Positions 25,941-36,317 are shown, counted from the first letter of the stretch. The stretch is 64,000 nucleotides of DNA from Burkholderiales bacterium (GCA_038225855.1 JBBRQU010000016.1:3983-67982); one strand, 5' to 3'. Made by a program: numbers and translations. Notes: generated by a model not told the origin, from the sequence alone.

Positions 25941-27665
25941 GTGGATGACCGCAGGAATTTTTTGATGCGACGGTCGGTCGTGGCAACTATGCCCTCCTAT
26001 CGTGTGACGCGTCGCGACCTGCGCCTGGCTTCCGGGCTGGTGCTGTTCCTCTACGTCGGAGTTCATCTCACCGATCACGCGCTCGGACTGGTTTCGGTCG
26101 ACGTCGCGGAGACCGGTCTTCGCTTCGCGGTCGCTCTCTGGCATAGCCTGCCCGGCACGGTGCTGCTCTACGGCGCGGCTGCGATTCATATCGGGCTTGC
26201 GTTCGTGGCGCTCTATGAGCGACGCACACTGCGCATGCCCGCGGTGCAGGCCCTGCGCATTGCGCTGGGATTGTGGATGCCGGTGCTGTTGATCGGCCAC
26301 TTCGTCGGAACGCGCTTCGCGTTCGAGCGTTACGGTTTGCATGCGGACTACACGCGAGTCGTCTGGAATCTCTGGACCAACGACTCGCAATGGCGACAGC
26401 TCGCGTTGCTCGCGCCGGGTTGGCTGCATGGTTGCCTGGGCGTGAACTTCGCCTTCGGCACGCGCCCCCGCTATCGGCGCATACGACCGCTCCTGTTCGC
26501 TATCGCGCTGCTGCTGCCGGTCCTGTCAGCGTTGGGCTTTATCACGATGGGACGCGAACTCGTACAGATCAACGCAAATCAGGTGGGCCTCGACACCCGT
26601 ACGCAGCCGTTCGATCCTGCGCACGGAATGATGCTCGAACATTTTCGCGAGGTCTTGCTCGGCGTGTATTTCGGCGCAATCGGCTCGACTCTTCTTGCGC
26701 GTGAGCTGCGCTCCTGGATCGAGAGAAGGCGGCATGCCCTTATCGAGATCAGCTACCCGCGGCGCGTAGCGAGCGTGCCGCGAGGCTGGAGCGTGCTCGA
26801 AGCCAGTCGCAGCTACGGCATCGCGCATCTGTCGATGTGTGGCGGGCGGGCGCGTTGCTCCACCTGTCGCGTCCGCGTGATCGAAGGCGCTGTGCATTGC
26901 CCGCCTCCCGAACAGGATGAGCGACGCACGCTGGCCCGCATTCACGCAAGCGCCGATGTGAGGCTTGCGTGCCAGCTACGGCCACAGGGAGCGATCTCGG
27001 TCGTGCCGCTGCTTTCGACCCAAGGCGAACCGTGGTTGAAACTCGCTCGCGAGGCGTCGGAGCCGGTCCGCGAAGCGAACGTCGCGGTGCTGTTTGTCGA
27101 TCTGCATCGCTGGACGGGAGCGACGCATCGCCGGCTGCCGCCTCATGACACGATTCATGCGCTCGACCTTTACCTCGAAGTGGTGGGCGACGCGATCGTC
27201 GAGGCGGGCGGCGTCCAGAGCCGTATCGCGGGCGAGAGCACGCTGGCGATTTTCGGTCTGGACAGCGACATCGAATCGGCTTCCAGACAAGCGCTCGGCG
27301 CGGCCGCACAGATCGAGCGCGGCATCGTTACCCTGAACGCGCGGCTACTGCGCGAGCTCGGCTTCACGGCCGACGTGTCGCTATGCATTCATGCGGGACC
27401 CGCGGTCGTCGGCAACGCAGGTCATCGTGAAGTGCGGACCTTGACGGCGGTGGGCGATGCCATCGATGTCGCCCAGCGCCTGCGCGAGTTCACGCGAGTC
27501 GGCGGTGCGCGGTTCGTGATTTCGCGCCATGCGATCGCAAGCGCGGGCGTGCCCGCCGACTCGTTTTCGTGGCACCCCATCGCGCCTGAAAATCATCAAG
27601 CCGCGCTCGATGTTTACGCTGCGGCCTCGTCGGACAAGGTCGCGAGCCGTGTGCGCACAGGCTAG
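25941..27665 (+). CDS. membrane (His-rich 5-6 TM) / 2Fe-2S ferredoxin / class III nucleotidyl cyclase fusion protein
   Basis: 574 aa from a GTG start. Alternative ATG starts are at 25965 and 25989. The TM region has conserved His residues. Adrenodoxin-type Cys pattern C300-x5-C306-x2-C309...C344 (MCGGRARCSTCRV...RLACQL). Cyclase core VLFVDLHRWTG...GGVQSRIAGESTLAIFG...IHAGPAVVGNAG...LTAVGDAIDVAQRL. Confidence 0.75.
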   Translation: MDDRRNFLMRRSVVATMPSYRVTRRDLRLASGLVLFLYVGVHLTDHALGLVSVDVAETGLRFAVALWHSLPGTVLLYGAAAIHIGLAFVALYERRTLRMPAVQALRIALGLWMPVLLIGHFVGTRFAFERYGLHADYTRVVWNLWTNDSQWRQLALLAPGWLHGCLGVNFAFGTRPRYRRIRPLLFAIALLLPVLSALGFITMGRELVQINANQVGLDTRTQPFDPAHGMMLEHFREVLLGVYFGAIGSTLLARELRSWIERRRHALIEISYPRRVASVPRGWSVLEASRSYGIAHLSMCGGRARCSTCRVRVIEGAVHCPPPEQDERRTLARIHASADVRLACQLRPQGAISVVPLLSTQGEPWLKLAREASEPVREANVAVLFVDLHRWTGATHRRLPPHDTIHALDLYLEVVGDAIVEAGGVQSRIAGESTLAIFGLDSDIESASRQALGAAAQIERGIVTLNARLLRELGFTADVSLCIHAGPAVVGNAGHREVRTLTAVGDAIDVAQRLREFTRVGGARFVISRHAIASAGVPADSFSWHPIAPENHQAALDVYAAASSDKVASRVRTG

Positions 27666-28852
27666 AGCGATCCGCTTCTGTCGCTTGAGCCGAAGCCGGT
27701 GGCGGGACGCTGCGAACGAGCGATCGCGATGACTTTGAAGAGTTCGCCCATCTCGGCTTCGGAAAGCAGCTTCTGCAGCGCCGCTGCCTGCGGAGCCCAT
27801 CGCTTCACATCGTCGGGCGCCGCGTCGATTAGCTGAAGAATTCCGCAATCGAGAAGGAACGACCCGAGGCTCGTATAGCCGACGACGGTGCTGCCCGCCT
27901 CGCGCGCCGCACGCGCGACGGCGCTGAAGTCGACGTGCGCGGTGACATCCTGAAGACCCACGCGCGCGAGCACATCGGGCGTCGATCGATGACGATAGTG
28001 CGCCATGAGCGTGCCGCTCGATCGCTGCGCATGAAAGTACTCACTCGCGGGAAAGCCGTAGTCGATCAGGAGCATCGTCGATCGCTCGCTCATGCGGGCA
28101 ACGAGCGTACGAACGAATGCGGATGCGGTTCGATGGACCTCGGTCGTGTAGCCGACAGTGCGCGCATCGGCATCGGGCACTGCGCTGCCAATCGCGTCGC
28201 AGAGGGCTTCTGACGCAGGTCTGTCCCGATACGACAACGTCCCGTGACGATCGACGACGATGCCTCGTTCGAGCCATCCGGCGCTTCCACGCACGACGCA
28301 GTCCACCGCCATCGCATCCAGCACTTCGTTGCCGATGATCACGCCATCGATCGCCTCGGGCAGCGCATCGAGCCAGCGTACGCGGGCGGCGAGATGCGGC
28401 GCGCGCCGCGCGATCGACGCGGCCTGACGATCGCGCAGGTCGGCCGACACGTCGAGCATCTCGTAACGCAAAGGCAATACGCCCAGCGCTTCGAGCTCGA
28501 GCAGAAGATCGGCCGCGAGCTTGCCGCTGCCGCCTCCCAACTCGAGGATCGACCCCGTCGTGTTCGTCAGAATTTCGGCCACCGGGCGTGCCAGGGCGCG
28601 CGCGAACAGCGGTGTGAGTTCGGGCGCGGTCGTGAAGTCACTGCCATCGCGCGGGTCGCCGCCGAGCTTCGCCGCGCCGGCGCTGTAATAGCCCAGGCCG
28701 GGCGCGTAGAGCGCCAGCTCCATGAAGCGCGCGAATGGAATCCAGCCGCCTTGCGATTCGATCTCCTCGCAGATGAGCGCGTGAAGCCGCGCGCTGACGG
28801 CTGCGGCTTCGGGTGAGGGTTCAGGCAGCCGCGTGTGATCGGGCGAGTTCAT
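27662..28852 (-). CDS. class I SAM-dependent methyltransferase (DUF185 / NDUFAF7-MidA family)
   Basis: Start at the internal ATG 28852 (MNSPDHTRLPE...). FMELALYAPGLGYY, ILELGGGSGKLAADLL, GNEVLDAM. 4-nt convergent overlap (CTAG) with the cyclase gene stop. Confidence 0.75.
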   Translation of the reverse strand: MNSPDHTRLPEPSPEAAAVSARLHALICEEIESQGGWIPFARFMELALYAPGLGYYSAGAAKLGGDPRDGSDFTTAPELTPLFARALARPVAEILTNTTGSILELGGGSGKLAADLLLELEALGVLPLRYEMLDVSADLRDRQAASIARRAPHLAARVRWLDALPEAIDGVIIGNEVLDAMAVDCVVRGSAGWLERGIVVDRHGTLSYRDRPASEALCDAIGSAVPDADARTVGYTTEVHRTASAFVRTLVARMSERSTMLLIDYGFPASEYFHAQRSSGTLMAHYRHRSTPDVLARVGLQDVTAHVDFSAVARAAREAGSTVVGYTSLGSFLLDCGILQLIDAAPDDVKRWAPQAAALQKLLSEAEMGELFKVIAIARSQRPATGFGSSDRSGSL

Positions 28853-28945
28853 CGGCGCATTCCAGGTCGGGGCGCGATGATCGCTTAAACTCGCGCTGCC
28901 CGAAAATGCGGGTGGTGTCTCCGACCGATCAACAAGCGGCCTGCC

Positions 28946-29743
28946 ATGACTTCTCTTTCGAGCGCGCAAGCCCAAGCGTCATCCGGCGGCGGCCGCACCG
29001 CGCTCGTCACCGGCGGCGCGAAGCGCATCGGCGCGACGATCGCATTGGCGCTGGCCGAGCGCGGATGGGACATCGCGATCCACTACTCGACCTCGGCCGA
29101 CGAGGCGATCAAGACGGTGGCCGCGATCGAGCGTCTCGGTCGCCGCGCGATCGCGCTGGATGCCGATCTCTGCGATGAGGGCGCGAGCCGCGGCCTGATC
29201 GCGCGCGTTGCGGCTGCGCTCTCGCGGCCGACCTGCCTCGTCAACAATGCGGCGCTGTTCGAGGCCGACGACGCGGCCACGATGGCCTACGCGACACTCG
29301 AAGCGCACATGCGGGTCAACCTCGCAGCGCCTCTCATACTCGCGCAAGCAATGCATCGCGCGCTCACCGCGAGGCAGCGCGGCGTCGTCATCAACCTGCT
29401 CGACCAGAAGCTCTTCAATCCCAATCCCGACTACCTGTCGTACACGCTGTCGAAGGCCGCGCTGCAGAGCGCGACCACGCTGCTCGCACAGGCCCTCGCC
29501 CCCAGGCTGCGGGTGGTCGGCATCGCGCCGGGAATCACGCTGCCCTCGGGTGGCCAGAGTCGCAAGGCATTCGACAGGGCGCATGCGAAGACGCCGCTGG
29601 GGCGATCGAGCACTCCGGCCGACCTCGCCGCTGCGGTCTGCTTCGCGGTCGAGTCGCCTGCTATCACGGGGACGACGTTGATCGTCGATGGCGGCCAGCA
29701 CCTCTTGCCGACCGAGCGCGACATCATGTTCGTGACCCGCTGA
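28946..29743 (+). CDS. SDR family oxidoreductase (pteridine reductase-like, adjacent to folB)
   Basis: ALVTGGAKRIGATIA (TGxxxxIG), NNAA, YTLSKAAL (YxxxK). 265 aa. Confidence 0.8.
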   Translation: MTSLSSAQAQASSGGGRTALVTGGAKRIGATIALALAERGWDIAIHYSTSADEAIKTVAAIERLGRRAIALDADLCDEGASRGLIARVAAALSRPTCLVNNAALFEADDAATMAYATLEAHMRVNLAAPLILAQAMHRALTARQRGVVINLLDQKLFNPNPDYLSYTLSKAALQSATTLLAQALAPRLRVVGIAPGITLPSGGQSRKAFDRAHAKTPLGRSSTPADLAAAVCFAVESPAITGTTLIVDGGQHLLPTERDIMFVTR

Positions 29744-29767
29744 AGAAACGGATTGAAAGCTATCGCC

Positions 29768-30160
29768 ATGCTCAGTTCTCTCTCCCACCCGCAACTGTCC
29801 GACTGCCGACGCATCTTTTTGCGCAACTTCGAACTGCAGGCCAACATCGGCATCCACGAACACGAGAAGAACGGCACGCAACGCATCGTCGTCAACGTCG
29901 ACCTGTTCGTGCCGCTCGAAGCGACGACGCCACGCATGGACAAGATCGCCGAAGTCGTCGACTACGCTTTCATTCATGCGGCGGTCTGCGAGCGCATCGC
30001 GGCCGGGCACATCAATCTTCAGGAGACCCTGTGCGACGATATCGCCCACACACTGCTCGCGCACCCGCTGGTGCGCGCGGTGCGCGTCTCGACCGAGAAG
30101 CCCGACGTCTATCCTGAGTGCGATGCGGTCGGGGTCGAGGTATTTCACTTCAAGCGATGA
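29768..30160 (+). CDS. folB: dihydroneopterin aldolase
   Basis: IFLRNFELQANIGIHEHEK...VVDYAFIH...VRVSTEKP matches the FolB pattern. ATG 29768 is preferred over the TTG at 29753. Confidence 0.75.
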   Translation: MLSSLSHPQLSDCRRIFLRNFELQANIGIHEHEKNGTQRIVVNVDLFVPLEATTPRMDKIAEVVDYAFIHAAVCERIAAGHINLQETLCDDIAHTLLAHPLVRAVRVSTEKPDVYPECDAVGVEVFHFKR

Positions 30161-30188
30161 ACGCACCGTCGCGTGAGCGGAGGACAGC

Positions 30189-31112
<924 letters not shown>

Positions 31113-31121
31113 ACGCGTGGC

Positions 31122-32666
31122 TCAGACGCTTTGCTGAAACGCGGTGATCGCCCGGTACTGCTCTTCGAGCTGTCGGGGCAGCGCGACAAAGATCGGCATC
31201 AGGCGTTGGTAGACCGCGACGCACGCCGGGTCCGGTGCGTGGCGATAGGTCGCGCCGACCAGCCTGGTCACGTCTTCGAGCGCCTTCAATTCACCGAGCC
31301 CGTAGAGCCCGAGCATCGCGGCGCCGAAGCACGAACTCTCGATGCTCTCGGGAACCACCACGTCGCGATCGAACACATCGGCCAGCATCTGCCGCCACAT
31401 CGGCGAGCGCGCGAAACCTCCGGTCGCCTTGATGACATGGGTGCGACCGATGATGGCTTCGAGCGCAGGCAGGATGGTAAAGAGATTCATCACCACGCCT
31501 TCGAGCACCGCGCGAATCATGTGCTCCTTCCTGTGATGCATCGCGAGCCCGAAGAACGAACCGCGCAGATCGGGGTTCCACAGCGGCGCGCGCTCGCCTG
31601 CGAGATAGGGATGAAACAGGAGGCCGCCCGCGCCGGCTGGAACGCGCTCGGCGATATGCGTGAGCACGTCGTAGGGATCGATGCCCAGACGCTTCGCGGT
31701 CTCGGTTTCCGCGACCGCAAATTCGTCTCGCACCCAGCGCAACACGATGCCGCCATTGTTGACCGGACCGCCGACGACCCAATGCTTCTCGGTCAATGCG
31801 TAGCAGAAGGTGCGGCCTGCCGGATCGGTCTGCGGCGCATCGACCACGGTGCGCATCGCGCCGCTGGTGCCGATCGTCAATGCGACCGAGCCGCGGTCGA
31901 TGGCGCCCACGCCGAGGTTCGACAGTACGCCGTCGTTGGCGCCGACGATGATGGGCGTGTCGACGGCGAGGCCGAGCGCATGCGCCTGTCGTGCATCGAC
32001 GAGCTTCATGCGATGCGTGGTCGGCACGAGCGTCGAGAGCTTTGTCGCAGCGATGCCCGCCAACTCCAACGCACCTTCATCCCAATCGAGCGCTTCGAGA
32101 TTGAAGAGGCCGGTCGCCGATGCGATCGAATGATCGACGACGTACTCGCCGCACAGCCGTCGCAGCACGTACTCCTTGATGCCGATGAAGCGGCGCGCGC
32201 GCTTCCACACCTGCGGCCGTTCGTGCCGCAACCACAACAGCTTGATCAGCGGGGACATCGGATGGATGGGCGTGCCGGTGCGGCGATAGATCGCGAGGCC
32301 ATCGTGATCGCGTTTGACGCGCAAGGCCCACGGCGCGGCGCGATTGTCGGCCCAGGTGATGCTCGCGGTCAGCGGATCGTCGTGCTCGCCGACCGCGATC
32401 AGGCTGTGCATCGCCGCGCTGAACGCCACGCATGCGACGTCGTGTCCTGCGATGTGCGCCGCACGGACCGCGCCGTGAATCGACGCGATGACCGCCGCAT
32501 GAATCTGGTCGGGATCCTGTTCGGCCGCACCGGGAACCGGCATGGCCAGCGGATATTCGACCGCATGCTCGGCCAGCGTCTGGCCGCGACGCTTGCCGTC
32601 CGCCGCGAACACCACCGCCTTGGTGCTGGTCGTGCCGATATCGACGCCGATCACGCAACGAGTCAT
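31122..32666 (-). CDS. gntK: gluconokinase (FGGY family)
   Basis: 514 aa. GVDIGTTSTKAV, TWADNRA, YRRTGTPIHPMSPL, TIGTSGAMRTVVD, GGPVNNGGIVLRWVRDEFA and FHPYLAGERAPLWNPDLRGSFFGL closely follow my recollection of Bacillus-type GntK. Confidence 0.88.
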   Translation of the reverse strand: MTRCVIGVDIGTTSTKAVVFAADGKRRGQTLAEHAVEYPLAMPVPGAAEQDPDQIHAAVIASIHGAVRAAHIAGHDVACVAFSAAMHSLIAVGEHDDPLTASITWADNRAAPWALRVKRDHDGLAIYRRTGTPIHPMSPLIKLLWLRHERPQVWKRARRFIGIKEYVLRRLCGEYVVDHSIASATGLFNLEALDWDEGALELAGIAATKLSTLVPTTHRMKLVDARQAHALGLAVDTPIIVGANDGVLSNLGVGAIDRGSVALTIGTSGAMRTVVDAPQTDPAGRTFCYALTEKHWVVGGPVNNGGIVLRWVRDEFAVAETETAKRLGIDPYDVLTHIAERVPAGAGGLLFHPYLAGERAPLWNPDLRGSFFGLAMHHRKEHMIRAVLEGVVMNLFTILPALEAIIGRTHVIKATGGFARSPMWRQMLADVFDRDVVVPESIESSCFGAAMLGLYGLGELKALEDVTRLVGATYRHAPDPACVAVYQRLMPIFVALPRQLEEQYRAITAFQQSV

Positions 32667-32869
32667 CGCAAAGTCCCCGCGATACGTCGCTCGATCACAC
32701 GACGAGCGACAACAGCATGATCAACGCGATGGCGAGCAGCACCGGAATCTTCTCGTTGAGGGTGATGTCGGCCAAGGTCCTGGCGCGCATCAACGCGACC
32801 GGCAGGAGAATCGTGAAGAGCGTCTGCTCATGCATCCCATTGCAGAAGCACGCACTGCGCCTTGGCCGA

Positions 32870-33619
32870 TCAACTCTGAAGCTTGAACGGATTGAAGTTG
32901 GTGCCGCGATCGTAGTAGTCCTCGTGTTCCTTGCGCTTCAGGAAATTGACGACCTTGTAGGTCAGTGGCGTCGCGATGACTTCCCAGCCGGTCTTGAGCA
33001 CGTACTGCGTCAACGCGACCTTGACGATGTCGGCGTTCTCCCAGATGCCGTAGAACGCGATCACATAGAACAGCGACGAGTCGACCGCTTCGCCGACGAT
33101 GGTCGAGCCTATGGTTCGCGTCCACAACCATCTGCCTTCGGTCATGAGCTTCATCTTGGCGAGCACGTAACTGTTCGCGAAGCTGCCGCACCAGAACGCG
33201 AGCATCGATGCGGCCGCGATGCGCCACGCATTGCCGAAGACCGCGTCGAGCGCGGGCTGATAAACCTTCATGTATTCCGAAGGTCCGGGCGGCAGATGCA
33301 CGACGACCCAGGACATCAGCGACGCGAAAGCGAGCGCGAAGAAGCCGGCCCACACTACCCGACGATCACGACCGTAGCCATAAACCTCGGTCAAGATGTC
33401 GCCGAAGAAATAGCTGATCGGGAAGAACAGGATGCCGGCGCCGAAGGGCGTGGGTCCGACGATCGGAAGATCGATGATCGCCTGCTTGGCCGCGCCAATG
33501 AAGTTGGAACACAGCAGCACGCAGACGAAGGCCGCCATCACGAAATCGTAGTAGCGGTAAGAGCGGCGATCGGCAGCGCGGTACGCGCCGCGCTCGGGGC
33601 TCGGGGCCGTTTGATCCAT
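32870..33619 (-). CDS. yhhQ: queuosine precursor transporter (YhhQ/DUF165)
   Basis: Start at the internal ATG 33619 (MDQTAP...). Multi-TM. FPISYFFGDILTEVYGY, RTIGSTIVGEAVDSSLF. Confidence 0.8.
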   Translation of the reverse strand: MDQTAPSPERGAYRAADRRSYRYYDFVMAAFVCVLLCSNFIGAAKQAIIDLPIVGPTPFGAGILFFPISYFFGDILTEVYGYGRDRRVVWAGFFALAFASLMSWVVVHLPPGPSEYMKVYQPALDAVFGNAWRIAAASMLAFWCGSFANSYVLAKMKLMTEGRWLWTRTIGSTIVGEAVDSSLFYVIAFYGIWENADIVKVALTQYVLKTGWEVIATPLTYKVVNFLKRKEHEDYYDRGTNFNPFKLQS

Positions 33620-33688
33620 GGTCGCGAAAGGCGGAAATGAGAAGGCCGAAGAATCGCACACGCGCGGCGGTCTCGTCGCGCATTTCCT

Positions 33689-35716
33689 TCAGACCTTGGC
33701 TACGCGCGGCTGCGCGAGCAGCGCCTTCAATCGCGCCATACGCATCTGCGGAGACACAGCGTCGCCTTCGCCTTCGACTGCGGGCCCCGCCCGATCGAGA
33801 CCGAGTTCGGCGATGAAGCGCGATGGCTCGCACGTCTGATGCTCGCGCGCGCGACGCCGCTTTCTGCACCAACTGATCGCCAGACTCTTCTGCGCGCGCG
33901 TGACGCCGACATACATCAGGCGCCGCTCTTCCTCGATGCGTTGCGAACGCGTTGCGGGGTCATCGCCGGGGTCATCGTCGCCGTTGCCCTTGTGCGGCAA
34001 CAGTCCTTCTTCGACGCCGACCAGAAAGACGTGGCCGAACTCGAGGCCTTTCGCGGCGTGCAAGGTCGACAGGCGGACCGCATCGACGTCCTGGTCCTGG
34101 TTGTCGAACATGCTCAGCAGCGCGATCGATTGCGTGGCCGCGATCAGGTTCTTGCCGTCTTCTTCGCAGCGCTTCGCGATCCATGCGGTGAAGTCCAATA
34201 CGTTCTGCCAGCGCGTCTGCGCGCCGCGTTCGTCCGACCCATCGAAAAGATGCGCGCGATAGTCGATCGCCGAAAGCACATCGCCGAGTACGCGATCGGC
34301 GGGCTCGCGTTCGGCGCGCGCCTGCATGCGATTGACGAATGCGGTGAACTGGTCGAGCGGTTCGAATTGACGAGGCGCGACGCGCGTCGCGAATGACGCT
34401 TCGCACGCGGCCTCGAACAAGGACACGCCGCGCTGGCTCGCGTAGTTGCCCAATGCTTCGAGCGTCGCCGTGCCCACGCCGCGCTTGGGCACGGTGACCG
34501 CGCGAATGAAGGCCGGGTCGTCGTCGAGGTTGGCGAACAGGCGCAGCCACGCGATCAGGTCGCGTATCTCGGCACGTTCGAAAAACGATTGCCCGCCCGA
34601 AAGCACATAGGGAATCTTTTCCTTGCGCAGCGCTTCTTCGAAGACGCGCGCCTGATGGTTGCCGCGATAGAGGACAGCATAGTCGGACCACTTCGTGCGT
34701 CGCTCGAAGCGATGAGCCGACAGACGAATTGCAATCGACTCGGCTTCGTGCAGGTCGTCGTTCATGGCGCTCACGGTGACGGCCTCGCCCGGCGCGTGCT
34801 CGCTCCAGAGTTTCTTCTCGAAGAGCTTGGGGTTCGCCGCGATCAAGGCATTGGCCGCAGCGAGGATGCGCCCGCTCGATCGATAGTTCTGCTCGAGCTG
34901 GATGACCTTCAGTTGCGGGTAGTCGCTTTGAAGATTCGCGAGGTTGTCGAGCGTCGCGCCCCGCCACGCGTAGATCGCCTGGTCGTCGTCGCCGACCGCG
35001 GTCAGCGCGGCCCGCGAGCCCGCAAGCTGGCGCAGCAAACGGTATTGGCACGCGTTGGTGTCCTGCACTTCATCGACCAGCAGATAACGCAGTCGTGACT
35101 GCCAGCGATAGAGCACGTCGTGATGCGCTTCGAACAACGCAACCGCCCGTGCAATCAAGTCGTCGAAGTCCACTGCGTGATAGGCGCGCAGCGTTGCCGC
35201 ATAACTTCGGAGCACGCGCGCGTCGCGGGCTTCATCGCCATGCTGCGCGTCGCTTTCGACGTCGTCGGCCGTCCGCATCGCGTTCTTCCATAGCGAGATG
35301 CGCGCTTGCAGGCCTTTGACGAACGCGGGATCGCTGCTCGCGCACAGGTCCTGAAGAATCGCGCGCACGTCGTCGGACGAAAGAATCGAGAAGCGTGGTT
35401 TGAGACCGACGTGCTCGGCCTCGGCGCGAAGAATCTGCACACCGAGCGAATGGAAGGTCGAAACGATCAGGCCGCGCGATGCCTTCCCTTCGAGCAACGA
35501 GGCAACACGCTGGCGCATCTCGGCTGCGGCCTTGTTGGTAAAGGTGAGCGCGGCGATCTGCCGCGCTTCGTAGCCGCAGTCGGAAATCAGGTGGGCGATC
35601 TTGTGTGTGATCACCCGTGTCTTGCCGCTGCCCGCGCCCGCGAGTACGAGACAAGGACCATCGACATAATGAACCGCGGCGCGCTGAGGCGCATTCAATA
35701 GGGAGAGATCGGGCAT
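33689..35716 (-). CDS. rep: ATP-dependent DNA helicase Rep (UvrD/Rep superfamily 1)
   Basis: LNAPQRAAVHYVDGPCLVLAGAGSGKTRVITHKIAHL, TFTNKAAAEMRQR, LLVDEVQDTN, VGDDDQAIYAWRGA, YVGVTRA. 675 aa. Confidence 0.9.
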   Translation of the reverse strand: MPDLSLLNAPQRAAVHYVDGPCLVLAGAGSGKTRVITHKIAHLISDCGYEARQIAALTFTNKAAAEMRQRVASLLEGKASRGLIVSTFHSLGVQILRAEAEHVGLKPRFSILSSDDVRAILQDLCASSDPAFVKGLQARISLWKNAMRTADDVESDAQHGDEARDARVLRSYAATLRAYHAVDFDDLIARAVALFEAHHDVLYRWQSRLRYLLVDEVQDTNACQYRLLRQLAGSRAALTAVGDDDQAIYAWRGATLDNLANLQSDYPQLKVIQLEQNYRSSGRILAAANALIAANPKLFEKKLWSEHAPGEAVTVSAMNDDLHEAESIAIRLSAHRFERRTKWSDYAVLYRGNHQARVFEEALRKEKIPYVLSGGQSFFERAEIRDLIAWLRLFANLDDDPAFIRAVTVPKRGVGTATLEALGNYASQRGVSLFEAACEASFATRVAPRQFEPLDQFTAFVNRMQARAEREPADRVLGDVLSAIDYRAHLFDGSDERGAQTRWQNVLDFTAWIAKRCEEDGKNLIAATQSIALLSMFDNQDQDVDAVRLSTLHAAKGLEFGHVFLVGVEEGLLPHKGNGDDDPGDDPATRSQRIEEERRLMYVGVTRAQKSLAISWCRKRRRAREHQTCEPSRFIAELGLDRAGPAVEGEGDAVSPQMRMARLKALLAQPRVAKV

Positions 35717-35856
35717 CGATGCGAAAGCTGCATCGATACCGATTCGACGCGTAGCGGGCGCGATGCTACACGATGCGCACCGCGGTTATTGCGTGCTGGG
35801 GTAGCCGTCGCGGCGTCTTGAACAAACGCGGCGGAAGACGCGTCAATGAGATCGGG

Positions 35857-36036
35857 TCAGGCGATCGGTGAAGTTGTCGGGGGATCGCCGATGGGAGGCG
35901 GCGTCACCGGCGGAATTTCGGTTGGAGGCGGCACTTCGACCGGCTCGACCGGATCGGTGATCGGCGCTGGGCCGGGCAAGGGATTGGGTGATGGCGCAGG
36001 CCTTGGCTGCGGATCGGGATTGGGCGTGATGTGCAT
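35857..36036 (-). CDS. candidate 59-aa proline-rich small protein (below the ORF-track length cutoff)
   Basis: Hand translation gives MHITPNPDPQPRPAPSPNPLPGPAPITDPVEPVEVPPPTEIPPVTPPPIGDPPTTSPIA. A GGAGG SD (complement of 36043-36047) lies 6 nt from ATG 36036. Codons mostly end in G/C. No homolog recognised. Confidence 0.35.
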   Translation of the reverse strand: MHITPNPDPQPRPAPSPNPLPGPAPITDPVEPVEVPPPTEIPPVTPPPIGDPPTTSPIA

Positions 36037-36062
36037 GCTCGGCCTCCAGAGAACTCGAAATC

Positions 36063-36086
36063 AAAAAGGGGCTTGCGCCCCTTTTT
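36063..36086. terminator. bidirectional rho-independent terminator
   Basis: AAAAAGGGGC-TTGC-GCCCCTTTTT. The 5-bp GC stem is flanked by A5 and T5. It starts 22 nt downstream of the csbD stop. Confidence 0.7.
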
Positions 36087-36107
36087 CAAACGACAGGCAC
36101 GCAGCGA

Positions 36108-36317
36108 TCAGCGATCCCTGCTTCTCACCGTGTCCGTGTCTTTCACGACGTCCTTCACGTCTTCAACCACATCACCTGCGGTCGCACGAGCCTTGCCGCC
36201 GACTTGCTGCGCAAGACCCTTGGCCTGAAGTGCTTTGTCGTCCACGGCACGTCCGGTGACTTCCTTGACCTTGCCCACAGCTTCATCGACTCGACCCTTG
36301 ACTTGATCCTTGTTCAT
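36108..36317 (-). CDS. CsbD family stress-response protein
   Basis: 69 aa. MNKDQVKGRVDEAVGKVKEVTGRAVDDKALQAKGLAQQVGGKA is the canonical CsbD repeat pattern. Confidence 0.85.
   Translation of the reverse strand: MNKDQVKGRVDEAVGKVKEVTGRAVDDKALQAKGLAQQVGGKARATAGDVVEDVKDVVKDTDTVRSRDR

Noticed and set aside
33620-33688. Possible preQ1 riboswitch upstream of the queuosine-precursor transporter yhhQ
   Set aside because: Only about 70 nt are available. The minus-strand sequence lacks the A-rich tail and the conserved stem-loop of preQ1-I, and I saw nothing resembling preQ1-II or preQ1-III.
35846-36259. 137-aa Gly-rich + strand ORF
   Set aside because: It runs antisense through both the SD-preceded proline-rich ORF and csbD, crosses a terminator hairpin, and has no SD. 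I treat it as a shadow of the minus-strand genes.
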